A stretch of 64,000 nucleotides of DNA from an uncultured delta proteobacterium (GCA_963850305.1 CAWKKR010000011.1:262641-326640), one strand, 5' to 3'. Positions 44,616 through 54,013 are shown, counted from the stretch's first letter. The notes: a model not told the origin generated them from the sequence alone. A program made the numbers and translations.

Positions 44616-46199
44616 GGCTTCATGACCTCGATCCAGTGGATCCTGTACAGGCACTGCCGAGGAGCGGAGCCCCACGTCGCGCGGGCCCCATCGAGCCATG
44701 GAAGCGGCGCCGTCACTCTTTCCGAGACGCGCTCCAGTTCGATACCCGTCGCGCCGAAGATGCCGAGAATCTCTCCGAAGTTGAACGCGTCCGGAAAATC
44801 GGGGTGGTACCCGAGCGGTAGCACGACGTAGTCGGCTCCAATTTTCCTCAGCCACTCCGGCACGCGCGCGGCTTCGAGGTACGGCAGGATCTTCGGTCGA
44901 ACCAGCCCGCCGAGATCCTCGATCTTACGTCCCGAGAAATAACCGACCGCTCCGATGTCGAAGCTGGCGATCACGGCATGTTCAGGCAGCTGCGCGACGT
45001 CGTTCGCGATGCCGATTTCCGTGTTCGTCTCGTGCGCCACGGCGCTCTCGTTGGCCGCCCCGAAGCTCACGAGCGCGTGCGCCATCCCGACGGCGAGAGG
45101 CAGCGCCAGAGCCACGGTGACGAGCCACGTTCGCCGAAAGCCTGGCACGAGGGCACGAGAGACCTCGACGAACCGCGAGAGACCCGCGAGCGCCGCCATA
45201 CAGAGTAAGCCGGGCAGCAGGGGCTGGTAGCGACCCCCATGACCCGTCGAGGGCAGCAGCGCGGCGTACGTCATGTAAGCCACGATGGCCCACGCGAAGA
45301 CGACCGAGATGCGGGTTCTGCGCTCGACGAGGAACGCATAGAGCCCGAAGGCCGCGACGCCGAGCACCGTGTAAAGCGCGAACGGGGAGGTGGTGCCGAG
45401 CGTGTACTCGGCGAGCCGATCGAACCACTGTCCGCTCAAGGACTCGAACCGATCGAGCCCCGTAGAATCCTCGAAGCGCTACCAGGGCGAGCCACCGTCG
45501 CCCGGCGAACGTGCCGGGCAAGAGCTCGCCCGTGCGCAGGAGATTGCGCGAGAAATAGAAGAGGGCAGCAAGCGCTCCCGGCGCGATGAGCCTTGCGTTT
45601 CGGCGCCCGTCTCCGAGCCGGAACGGGACGAGGACCGGCGCGAGAAGAAGCATCTCCGGACGCGTGAGAAAAGCGAGCGCGTACGAGCACCCGGCACCGA
45701 CTTGCGACCGCGGCGAGTCCTCGAAATAGAGCAGGATCGTCACCAATGTGAGGAGCGTGACGAGCATCGTTTCCATCCCCGTCAGCGCGAACCAGACGAA
45801 GTTCGCCGCGCAGCCGAAGGCGATCGCGAGGAATGCGCCTTCCCACGGCCCGAATCGATCCCGACGCGCGAGGCCGTGGACGACCTGGCCCGCACCCAGG
45901 TAACAGGCGAGTGCCAGCAGCGCCGCGAAGAGCGGCGGAGCCACGTGGAGCAGCGCCGGATCGAGGGCGAGAAGGGCCGCCCACAAGACGCTCGTCGCCC
46001 CCGAACCCGGTCGGGAGACGTCGAAGCCGAGCACCCCGTGCGCCGCGAAGTTCCGCGCAACGACCTGATGAATCCAGGCGTCGTCGAGCGGAAAGCCCGT
46101 CGGGAGCTTCCCCCGGCACACGAACCCCATCGCGACGAGTTGACCGGCGAGAACGGCTGACCGCGGCCCGATGCGCTCGGGATGCCATTCGGCGCCCAT
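44612..46199 (-). CDS. GT-C-like polytopic membrane protein, paralogue of 1131..2717, reading frame broken near 45440-45495
   Basis: Frame A (from 46199) reads GFPLDDAWIHQVVARNFAAHG followed by helices, up to LLPGTFAGRRW, and then turns to Arg-rich junk. Frame B opens after an in-frame TAG (45479-45481) and reads RFEDSTGLDRFESLSGQWFDRLAEYTLGTTSPFALYTVLG... to stop 44612. Together they match the architecture of the paralogue. Confidence 0.75.
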
Positions 46200-46230
46200 C
46201 GAACCGCGATGATATAGGCAAGAGAGCGCC

Positions 46231-48345
46231 TTGGTTCAATCTTCCGACAGCCCGCACGCCGGGGCGCCGAACGCCCGGAGCACTTCGATACTCGGCGCGG
46301 CGTTCGGAGGTAGCGTCGCGCTCGCCGCCCTCGCGGTGCTCGAAGCCTTGGTCCGATCGGATTCGCCGGACATCCTTTCTGCGTGTCTGGCCGGCTCCGC
46401 GGGCGCAGCGCTCGGCGCGAGTCTCGCCGCCGGGCGTTCCGCGATGCGATCGCTTTCGCAAGGCAAACAGGCGGCGGCATGGACTCTTGCGGGCGCGGGG
46501 CTCGGTCTGCTGCCGGCCGTGACCGTCGGCGCGATCGCCAAGCTCGCTGGCCCACATCGAGTCATGGCCGGCATGACGCTGGTCGGGAGCTGCGTCGCCG
46601 GTGGCTTGCTCGGCCTGAGCCTCCAGCTGATCACCCGGTCCGGTAATGGTCGCTCGAGAACGACACATCTCGTCACGAACGCGCTCCTCGTTCTCGGAGC
46701 GCTCTTCGTCGCGCTCGCCGCCGAGGTCGCGGACGAGCTCTTGCTGGTCCTCCGGACCTACCCGCCGCTCCGCACCGCGATGACGGTCGGCACGTGGCTG
46801 CTCGTTTCCGCGATCGGCGCCGCCGTTCTCGTCGGCACACGAACACGCTGGACTCGACTCCTCCACTCGGCCTGGTTCGCTGCGCTCGGCATGGGTCTCG
46901 GCCTCACCGTGACCCGCTCCGCGGACCAGGTCGGGAGGTTGCTACTGAGACCCACGAGCGGCCTGGTCGTCGCCATGGGCCGCTCGCTGACCGACTTCGA
47001 CCGCGACGGCTCGTCCTCCCTGCTCGGCGGAGGCGACTGCGCACCGTTCGATCCGAAGGTCAATCCGAGCGCCCGCGAAATCCCCGGGAACGGCATCGAC
47101 GACAATTGCCGCTTCGGAGATCCTCCCGCGCGGCGCGAAGAGCTCGTCAGCACACCGAAGGTCGCGAGTCCCGCCCCGCTCAACGTGCTTCTCGTCACGA
47201 TCGACACTCTCCGCGCCGATCACGTCGGAAGTTACGGATATTCCCGCCCCACGACACCGCACCTCGACGCGTTCGCCGAGCGCGCGCTCCGCTTCACGCA
47301 CGCCTACACGTCAGGCGGATGGACGTGCCTCGCCGTACATTCCCTGATGGCCGGCGCGTATCCGCGGCGATTCGACTGGCAGCCGGCGGCCATCCTGACG
47401 TCCGAGCGCGTCGTCTCGTTCCCGTGGGAAACTCAGCTCCGCCCGGGCGAGTCCTGGATGAACACGCTGTCAGAACCCACCCGTGCACCCGCGAACTCGC
47501 TCCCCTCGTGGCTCGGAGCGCGCGGAATGCGCGTGGTGGCGGCCGTGGCATCGACGCCCGCGGCGGTCTTTCGATACGAGGGATGGTTCGAGCGGAACTT
47601 CGAACGCTCGATCGTCACCCAGCCGGATTCGAACGACGAGGCAGTGGCTGACGCAGCCATCGAGCTACTTCGAGCCCCCGACAATCGCCCCTTCTTTCTC
47701 TGGGCTCACTTCTTCGAACCCCACGAGCCGTATGAACACCATCCGGGTCTCCCGATCTTCGGCGACGAGCTCGTGGACCGGTACGATCACGACGTGGCGT
47801 TCGCCGACGAACAGGTCGGACGCTTGCTCGACGCCGTTGCGGCCCGCACCGGGCGCGAGACGGCCATCATCGTCGCCGCGGACCACGGGGAGACCTTCGT
47901 CGGCGGATTTCCGGTGCATGGCGCGGACCTCCAGGAAGACTCGATTCGCATCCCCCTCCTTCTGCGCGGCCCCGGCATCGAACCCGGCGTGACCGCCGCT
48001 CCGGCAAGCCTGGTGGACATTGCTCCCACCATCTACGACTGGACCGCCACGCCGCGACCTCCGGATCTGGATGGCGTCAGCTTGCTGCACGCACCGTCGC
48101 ACCGCATCGTGCTCACAGACATCTGGCGGCACGACCGCGACGGTAAAGTCTATCTGGACCTCGTGGGCGCGACCGGAGCCACACGGCGACTCGTGCGCGA
48201 CCAGAAACGCGAAGCCTGGTACTCCTACCGGGTCGGTGACTACACGAGACCCCCCGTGCCCCTCCACGAGCCTCCCGACCCGGCCTTGTCGAACGCCATC
48301 GGCCGCTATCTGGAAGAAACCGGCGTCATCGTGAGCGCGCCGTGA
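46231..48345 (+). CDS. membrane-anchored sulfatase-like (alkaline-phosphatase superfamily) hydrolase/transferase
   Basis: About 8 N-terminal helices are followed by a DFDRDG...GGDCAPFD...GNGIDDNC metal-binding-type motif. The catalytic domain contains LLVTIDTLRADHVGSYGY, FFLWAHFFEPHEPY and AADHGE. The TTG start is uncertain. Confidence 0.8.
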   Translation: MVQSSDSPHAGAPNARSTSILGAAFGGSVALAALAVLEALVRSDSPDILSACLAGSAGAALGASLAAGRSAMRSLSQGKQAAAWTLAGAGLGLLPAVTVGAIAKLAGPHRVMAGMTLVGSCVAGGLLGLSLQLITRSGNGRSRTTHLVTNALLVLGALFVALAAEVADELLLVLRTYPPLRTAMTVGTWLLVSAIGAAVLVGTRTRWTRLLHSAWFAALGMGLGLTVTRSADQVGRLLLRPTSGLVVAMGRSLTDFDRDGSSSLLGGGDCAPFDPKVNPSAREIPGNGIDDNCRFGDPPARREELVSTPKVASPAPLNVLLVTIDTLRADHVGSYGYSRPTTPHLDAFAERALRFTHAYTSGGWTCLAVHSLMAGAYPRRFDWQPAAILTSERVVSFPWETQLRPGESWMNTLSEPTRAPANSLPSWLGARGMRVVAAVASTPAAVFRYEGWFERNFERSIVTQPDSNDEAVADAAIELLRAPDNRPFFLWAHFFEPHEPYEHHPGLPIFGDELVDRYDHDVAFADEQVGRLLDAVAARTGRETAIIVAADHGETFVGGFPVHGADLQEDSIRIPLLLRGPGIEPGVTAAPASLVDIAPTIYDWTATPRPPDLDGVSLLHAPSHRIVLTDIWRHDRDGKVYLDLVGATGATRRLVRDQKREAWYSYRVGDYTRPPVPLHEPPDPALSNAIGRYLEETGVIVSAP

Positions 48346-48665
48346 AAGCTGTCTGCTGCACGTTGTTGCACGAGCGTGACGGAATGCTCCAGCATCACCG
48401 TCAGACTCGCTTCGTCGAGCATTCGAGCCGCCCTTGGCGAGACATGCCGGGCTGAGGCGATTTGTCAGAGCTTGGGCGTCGCATCAATGCGAACCAGTCG
48501 ATGGCGCGACCGCCTTCGAGACACGCGACGCGGGGTCGTGCATCCCTGATTATCCCGTCGCACTCAAGGTCTGCTCCGTTTCATATCAGGAGCCGTGCGC
48601 GGTCGACACGGGCTGCGGTCCCGCGGGCTTCACGTGCAATCACGACGCGGGAGAGCTTTGCTCGG

Positions 48666-48821
48666 GTGGAAACTGCACTCCGGTCTCGCGATATTCGCGC
48701 CCTGTTCGGCCTCAGCAAGAAAGCCTTCAAACGCGCCGCGGGGCGCTTGCTGAAGGGGCGCGCGGTTACCATCGACGCCCAGGGTTGGGTGCGGCCGGGG
48801 AAGGGCGACCGAGAGAGCTAG
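48666..48821 (+). pseudogene. isolated C-terminal winged-helix module of a CvfB/YitL-type S1 RNA-binding protein (remnant or stand-alone mini-ORF)
   Basis: RDIRALFGLSKKAFKRAAGRLLKGRAVTIDAQGWVRP matches the conserved CvfB C-terminus (...FG.SKKAFKRA.G.LYK...I...). GC3 is high only over these ~45 codons. I could not read S1 domains upstream in any frame. Confidence 0.35.
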
Positions 48822-48870
48822 GGGTACGCGCGAGACATGTCGGAGCGGCCGCCCAATGGTAGGGCGTGCC

Positions 48871-49716
48871 TCACGCGGTCCACTCTTCGCTTCGCCGCCA
48901 CAGTTCCGACGCGAGCGCCACGTCTTGCGCCGCCTTGCTGGGTTCCACGGCCTGACACTTGTCGTAATAGAGACCGCTCTCCTTCTCGCACGTCGGCGAG
49001 GTGGCGCAATAGAGCGTCGTCCTGGCGCCGTCCTCCGTCGTGAGCATGAAAGACTTGATGAGCGGACGCAATGGCCAGGGGACTTGTCGCCAGACATCCG
49101 AGGCGACGACGCCGGGATGAAGCGAATAGGTCGTCACTCCCGTGCCCGCAAGGCGACGCCCGAGCTCTGCGTTGAAGAGCACGTTCGCGAGCTTGGACAC
49201 GTTGTATTCAGGCACCGCGGTGCGCGTGACGGTCGGCCTTCGAACGGCATCGAAGTCGACGCTTTTCGCGCGGTAGTGACCCTTGCTGGCGACGGTGACG
49301 ATCCGTCCGGGGGCCGACTGCTCGATGCGCGGAAGGAGCAGGGAGGTGAAGGAGAAGTGACCTACGTGGTTGACGCCGAATGCGAGCTCGAAGCCCGACC
49401 TGGTGAGCCCACGTGCGCCTGCGAGACCCGCGTTGTTGATCAGAAGGTGAAGCGGTAATCCTTTGGCGAGAAATTCCTTCGCGCACGCTCGCACCGAGGC
49501 CAGATCTCCGAGATCGAGCGACAACGTCTCCACGTCGCGTCCGGTTTCGCTCCGGATCTGCTCGACGGCGGGCCTGGCGCGCTCTTCGGAGCGACAGGCG
49601 ATGAACACGCGCGCCCCTCCCCTCGCGAGCTCTTTCGCCGTGACGAGACCGATGCCGGTATTCGCGCCCGTGATGATGGCGACTCGGTCGGACAGAGAGT
49701 GACTCGTATCGTTCAT
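48871..49716 (-). CDS. short-chain dehydrogenase/reductase (retinol-dehydrogenase/WWOX-like SDR)
   Basis: Trimmed to ATG 49716. The sequence contains VAIITGANTGIGLVTAKELA, LINNAG and YNVSKLANVLF (YxxxK). Confidence 0.85.
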   Translation of the reverse strand: MNDTSHSLSDRVAIITGANTGIGLVTAKELARGGARVFIACRSEERARPAVEQIRSETGRDVETLSLDLGDLASVRACAKEFLAKGLPLHLLINNAGLAGARGLTRSGFELAFGVNHVGHFSFTSLLLPRIEQSAPGRIVTVASKGHYRAKSVDFDAVRRPTVTRTAVPEYNVSKLANVLFNAELGRRLAGTGVTTYSLHPGVVASDVWRQVPWPLRPLIKSFMLTTEDGARTTLYCATSPTCEKESGLYYDKCQAVEPSKAAQDVALASELWRRSEEWTA

Positions 49717-49778
49717 GGGAAGCGGGAGCATAATTTCGAAAGTGCCTCTGGCGCCAGCATCAGTCCGACGCCCGTGGC

Positions 49779-50648
49779 TCAGGTCTTTCTCGCCATGATC
49801 ATCCACGTGCTCGACGGGAGGTAGACACCTCCCTCACGCAGATGCCCCTCGAGCATCGAGGTGAGCTTCGCCCGGATCTCGGGGAGCTTCCGCCGTCCCT
49901 CCTCGCCGGCTTCGCGCACGATCTCCCCCGAGGGTCCGACGAGGATCTGGTAGTCGATCGCTTCTTCCACCGTTCGGCCGATGCACATGTCGAGGTCGAG
50001 GCGCTCGAACAGGTCCACCTGACTGAAGCCGGCGGCGGCGAGCATTTCACGATCGGTCTCCTCGTCCGCCCACGAGAACGGGCCGGGCCCGCACGTCTGC
50101 GCGTTGTCGCCGGGCGGCGGAAGGAATTCGCGCACGACGGTCTTCGCGGCGCCCCACGCCGGGTTGTCCAGGAGGCCGCGCCATACGATGAGGCAGACCT
50201 TTCCGCCCGGAACCAGCGCTCGATGGACGTTTCGCAGCGCTCTCACGGCGCTCTGGAAGAACATCACGCCAAACCGCGCGAATGCGACGTCGTAGTAGCT
50301 CGGTTCGAGCGGATGCACCTGGGCGTCCCCGATCTCGTACCGGACGTGCGCAGGGCCCGCCACGTCGCGTTCGCGATTAGCGATCTCGAGAAAGGCACTC
50401 GTGCAATCGAGCCCGAGCACCTCTCCCGATGAACCTACCAGGCGATCGAGCTCGAGGCTCGTCTCCCCGAAGCCGCATCCGAAGTCGAGCACGCGATTTC
50501 CCGGCTGAACGCCGAAGCGCGGAATCGCGACGTCGCTGTGAAGCTTTCCGTTGCCGGAGAGCAGATGCCGGAAGCGGATCCATTTCGGAGTGAGGACCTC
50601 GTTCCAGCATCCGATGAAGTCTTCATTGTCCGCGGCGACGTTCGTCAT
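49779..50648 (-). CDS. class I SAM-dependent methyltransferase
   Basis: Motif I is VLDFGCGFGETS. The sequence also contains DVAFARFGVMFF and LVPGGKVCLIVW. Confidence 0.8.
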   Translation of the reverse strand: MTNVAADNEDFIGCWNEVLTPKWIRFRHLLSGNGKLHSDVAIPRFGVQPGNRVLDFGCGFGETSLELDRLVGSSGEVLGLDCTSAFLEIANRERDVAGPAHVRYEIGDAQVHPLEPSYYDVAFARFGVMFFQSAVRALRNVHRALVPGGKVCLIVWRGLLDNPAWGAAKTVVREFLPPPGDNAQTCGPGPFSWADEETDREMLAAAGFSQVDLFERLDLDMCIGRTVEEAIDYQILVGPSGEIVREAGEEGRRKLPEIRAKLTSMLEGHLREGGVYLPSSTWMIMARKT

Positions 50649-50942
50649 CGAAATGGGCTCCGGGGAGGGACGTGTCTCGGCGTGTCACGTGACTCGCAGA
50701 AAGTTTGCCTCGAAAGCGTTCATCGTGGGGCCGTAGTACTCTCTGAACGCTGCCGCCAGCTCGAGGGAGCGGGCCGCGATGGTTGAACGTGCATGTGTCC
50801 CGGATCAACGCGACGTTCTTCTTCTCGACCCTCGACGTCACCGACCTTTGGTCGAGCGTTCGGGCGCTGCGTCCCCAGCGCGTCCGGCGCCCGCGCACCG
50901 GCCGGGATGCACGAGCAGACCCGAGACGCCTCGGATGGCGGC

Positions 50943-52433
50943 TCACCGTGAGGCTCGCCGACGTCGTCGAACGAGCGCAAGCCCGGCGATCCCCATCCCG
51001 AATGCGAAACGGGACCTGGGATTCGCTTCCGTCTGCGCGGCCGTGCGGCAACTACAACCGCCGTTCGAAGTCGCGCTCGGGGTATGCGCGCCCGCGTCCG
51101 CCGTGCCAGCCGCACCTGTGCCGGTCCCACCGCCGGAGCCAGTTGTGCCGCCCGAGCCGGTCGCGCCGCCCACTTCACCCGCGCCGCCTGAGCCAGTTGC
51201 GCCGCCAGAGCCGAGCGCGCCGCCTGAGGCACTCGCATCGCTCACTGACGTCGTGCCGCCTGAGCCGGTCGCGCCGCCTGAGGTACTCGCATCGCTCACT
51301 GACGTCGTGCCGCCAGAGCCGGTCGCGCCGCCAGGGGCACTCGCATCGCTCATTGACGTCGCGCCGCCAGAGCCGGTCGTGCCGCCCGCGGTACTCGCAT
51401 CGCTCACTGACGTCGTCCCTCCGGATGACGTGGTTCCTCCGCTTGCGGCTGCATCCGGCGCGGCAGCGTCCGGCGGCGCAATAAAACAGACGCCGGCCCA
51501 ACACTTCCCAGCTCCGCACGAGGATCCGTCCGAGGCGAAGGGATCCTGGCAGGTGCCTGTGATCACGTCGCAGGTCCCGGCTGCCCGGCAAGGTCCGGAA
51601 GGCGCGCAAAGCGTGGGAGTTGCCAGGACGGGCGCCCCTGCGAGCTCGCAGTCGGAGAGCGCGCGATAGTAGAGACGGATCTCATCGACGTCCCCGACGA
51701 AGTAATTGTTGTAGGTGCTCGAGATGGGATTGCTGCCGAAGCTGACCCGCTCCGTGGAGGTGAGGTCGGTCACCGCGGTCGTCGTCTGGGTGTCGCTGCT
51801 GATTCCGTCGATCCAGAGGGTAACGCTCGTGCCTTGCCGCCGACCGGCGATGTAGTGCCACTGGCCGTCATCGATGGCGGTGCTCAGATGGGCACCGGCG
51901 CCATTCGTCCCTGCGACGTCCTGGTACATCTCGAAGCTCACGCCGCCGCCGCTGGTCGTCCGGAAGCCCCAGAAATTGCATGCCGACCCACAGTTTCGAT
52001 TCCCGAGGAGCTCGCTGTTCGCGGCAACCGATGTGCGGATCCAGAAGGTCGCGGTGAAATCGCTGGTGCCGACGAGGTCCGGCACCCCGAGGTCCACGAT
52101 CGAGCCTGCGCCTCCCCCCGGAAGCGTCACGGCGCCGTTCGCGACGCCGCTCGAGATCCGGGTAGTCGTGGCGCCCAGTGTTCCGTCGTCACCGCCGGTC
52201 AGCCCGGTGTCCGTCGCGGTCGTATTTCCGGCCTCGTTCGGCTCGTCGAACCTCCACCAGTGCGCGGGCCCCGAGCCAATGGCCGCCACGACGGTTCCCG
52301 TCGCCGGCGTCGACGAACGGTCCGTGGAGCATCCGAGCGGCGCGCCCCCGACGAAGCCGACGAGTGAGAGCGCCGAGACGGCGCGAGCCGCGGAACGATA
52401 CTGACTCTTCATGGTGCCCACGCCGCGACGCAC
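50943..52433 (-). CDS. lipoprotein with LamG/concanavalin-like domain, Gly/Ser/Thr tandem repeats and MYXO-CTERM-type tail
   Basis: Start is GTG 52433 or ATG 52412 (MKSQYRSAARAVSALSLVGFVGGAPLGC). The LamG-like part contains FTATFWIRT, DGQWHYIAGRR, LWIDG and FVGDVDEIRLY. The 18-aa repeat GGTTSVSDAS.SGGATGS follows. The tail is NGGCSCRTA...GIAGLALVRRRRR. Confidence 0.85.
   Translation of the reverse strand: MRRGVGTMKSQYRSAARAVSALSLVGFVGGAPLGCSTDRSSTPATGTVVAAIGSGPAHWWRFDEPNEAGNTTATDTGLTGGDDGTLGATTTRISSGVANGAVTLPGGGAGSIVDLGVPDLVGTSDFTATFWIRTSVAANSELLGNRNCGSACNFWGFRTTSGGGVSFEMYQDVAGTNGAGAHLSTAIDDGQWHYIAGRRQGTSVTLWIDGISSDTQTTTAVTDLTSTERVSFGSNPISSTYNNYFVGDVDEIRLYYRALSDCELAGAPVLATPTLCAPSGPCRAAGTCDVITGTCQDPFASDGSSCGAGKCWAGVCFIAPPDAAAPDAAASGGTTSSGGTTSVSDASTAGGTTGSGGATSMSDASAPGGATGSGGTTSVSDASTSGGATGSGGTTSVSDASASGGALGSGGATGSGGAGEVGGATGSGGTTGSGGGTGTGAAGTADAGAHTPSATSNGGCSCRTAAQTEANPRSRFAFGMGIAGLALVRRRRRASR
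51235..51450. repeat. 54-bp in-frame tandem repeat (about 4 units) inside the LamG/MYXO-CTERM gene
   Basis: Units start at 51235, 51289, 51343 and 51397 (GCATCGCTCACTGACGTCGTGCCGCC...). Degenerate copies extend from about 51110. Confidence 0.9.
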
Positions 52434-52546
52434 CCTCGGTCGCGCCCTTCTCTGAGTTAAAAGCGAAGCCGGAACCGTACATCATCTCGCTAAGCGGGCG
52501 CCCCAATTTTCTTGCGGGAAGGAGAGCAGGGGCCACACACTTCCGC

Positions 52547-52971
52547 TTACATCAATGCGGCGCAGCTCGCCGCTTCGAGACCTGCCGTGTCGTCTTTCCC
52601 GTACGCATACCGCGGCGTGGTGAACGGCGGACCGCCGCCGCCCTGCGCATGCTGCCCTGCGGTGGACAGCGCTGAATTGTCTGGACTCGCCGTGCCGCGC
52701 GCACACGGGCAGGGCGCGCATCGAACGAGCGCGCTTCCCCACTGCCCCGCGTTCGGAGTGAGAGTTGCGCCGCCACCGAAGGCGATGGGGCACCGATGTT
52801 CCCGGTTCCGTTGTAGAGCCCGGTCAGAACGATCTGGTCCTGTGCGTCGAGCACGAACGTCACCGGGTCGTCGTCGCCGGTACCGCCGTAGCCGCGCGCC
52901 CAGTCCACGGTACCGTCGCGCAGGACCCGCGACAGCATCACGTCGGACGCCTCCTCCGGGTCGTGCGTCTT
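52547..52971 (-). pseudogene. 5'-truncated, frame-shifted fragment of a beta-propeller (SBBP-type) repeat protein
   Basis: The fragment opens just after an in-frame TAG (52972-52974). It reads DVMLSRVLRDGTVDWARGYGGTGDDDPVTFVLDAQDQIVLTGLYNGTGNIG. The +1 frame then continues PIAFGGGATLTPNAG... to TAA 52547-52549. There is no signal peptide or N-terminal part. Confidence 0.4.
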
Positions 52972-53012
52972 CTAACCGCGACCGGCGGGAATTCGCGAGG
53001 CCACGCCCGCGT

Positions 53013-53420
53013 TCAGCGCCGCGCTTGGATCATCTTCCACCCGTTGCCCGACGGATCCCGGAATCCGGCGTCCACGGTACCGAAGCGCTCCATGGGCTCC
53101 TGCGTGAACTCCACCCCCCGCGCGCGCATTCGCTCGTACGCGGCGCGGCAGTCATCCACCGTCAGGACGAGCGGCGGCATCGCGCCCTTTGCGACGATCT
53201 CGCGCAGCGACTGCGCCGTCCCGGCGTCGTGTACGGGCGGCCCCGGCAGGAACAGGCCGAGCTCGAAGGACGGCTGGTCCGGGTGCTGGACCGTCAGCCA
53301 GCGATAATCCCCGTTACGCACGTCCGCATGGACGCGGAATCCGAGCTTCTCGACGTAGAACTCGAGCGCTTCATCCTGGTTGCGAACGTACAGACCGACC
53401 ATCCCGATGCCTTGGTTCAT
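53013..53420 (-). CDS. VOC-family (glyoxalase/bleomycin-resistance fold) protein
   Basis: The sequence is MNQGIGMVGLYVRNQDEALEFYVEKLGF...FRDPSGNGWKMIQ. A GGAG lies 5 nt before the ATG. Confidence 0.85.
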   Translation of the reverse strand: MNQGIGMVGLYVRNQDEALEFYVEKLGFRVHADVRNGDYRWLTVQHPDQPSFELGLFLPGPPVHDAGTAQSLREIVAKGAMPPLVLTVDDCRAAYERMRARGVEFTQEPMERFGTVDAGFRDPSGNGWKMIQARR

Positions 53421-53907
53421 GTGATCTCCGTTTCTTCAGCTCCTTAGTACCGCCCGCGCCGTGGCGTCGCTTCTCCGAAACTGCGATCGTGAGATCGGGC
53501 CGGTGCGCGGCGCTGAGAAAACAGACGGGCACGCGTTCGGGTTCGCGCGTCGCGGCCCGTTCCCGCCTGCGGAACTGACCGGGGCTCTCGCCTGTCACGT
53601 CGCGGAAGGTCCGGCCGAAGGTGCCCAGGCTGCTCCAGCCCGTCTGAAACGCGATCTCTGTGACGGGCAGGTCGGTGTCGCGGAGCAGCGCGGTGGCTCG
53701 CTCGATTCGCCGCGTGAGCAGGTATCGATGGGGTGGGACGCCGAAGGCCTCCTTGAAGGACCGCGCGAAGTGGGCTTCGGACACGCCGCTCACGCGCGCC
53801 AGCCGGCGCACGGGCCACTCCTCGTGCGAGGCCGCGTCCATCCGGTCCTTCGCGCGCAGCAAGCGCCGGAGTAGCTCGGGATCCTGGCTCAAGCGATGAG
53901 CCTCCAC
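53371..53907 (-). CDS. AraC-family transcriptional regulator (HTH only); 3' end probably mis-framed
   Basis: The HTH is LARVSGVSEAHFARSFKEAFGVPPHRYLLTRRIERATALLRDTDLPVTEIAFQTGWSSLGTFGRTF. After ...IAVSEK GC3 collapses and the ORF overlaps the VOC gene by 50 nt. The +1 frame reads SFGEATPRRGRY and stops at 53444-53446. Confidence 0.75.
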   Translation of the reverse strand: MEAHRLSQDPELLRRLLRAKDRMDAASHEEWPVRRLARVSGVSEAHFARSFKEAFGVPPHRYLLTRRIERATALLRDTDLPVTEIAFQTGWSSLGTFGRTFRDVTGESPGQFRRRERAATREPERVPVCFLSAAHRPDLTIAVSEKRRHGAGGTKELKKRRSHEPRHRDGRSVRSQPG

Positions 53908-54013
53908 AGAGGATGTGTGCGTTGCCAGACCAAGAACGTATCCTCGTGGAGGGCGCGGCTCACTGTGTTCGACCGCGTACCATGGTTCGGCCGAGCCGAG
54001 CTGCCGCGCGATC

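Noticed and set aside
48871-49716. SDR as the missing ceramide reductase (CerR) for the SPT/acyltransferase pair
   Set aside because: It lies 18 kb away on the other strand. It is a classical retinol-dehydrogenase-type SDR rather than the extended epimerase/dehydratase-type fold expected for CerR, and nothing links them.
50790-50830. Stem CTCGACC...GGTCGAG downstream of the LamG gene as a terminator
   Set aside because: It is only a 7-bp stem with a ~19-nt loop and no U-tract, which is too weak to call from sequence alone.
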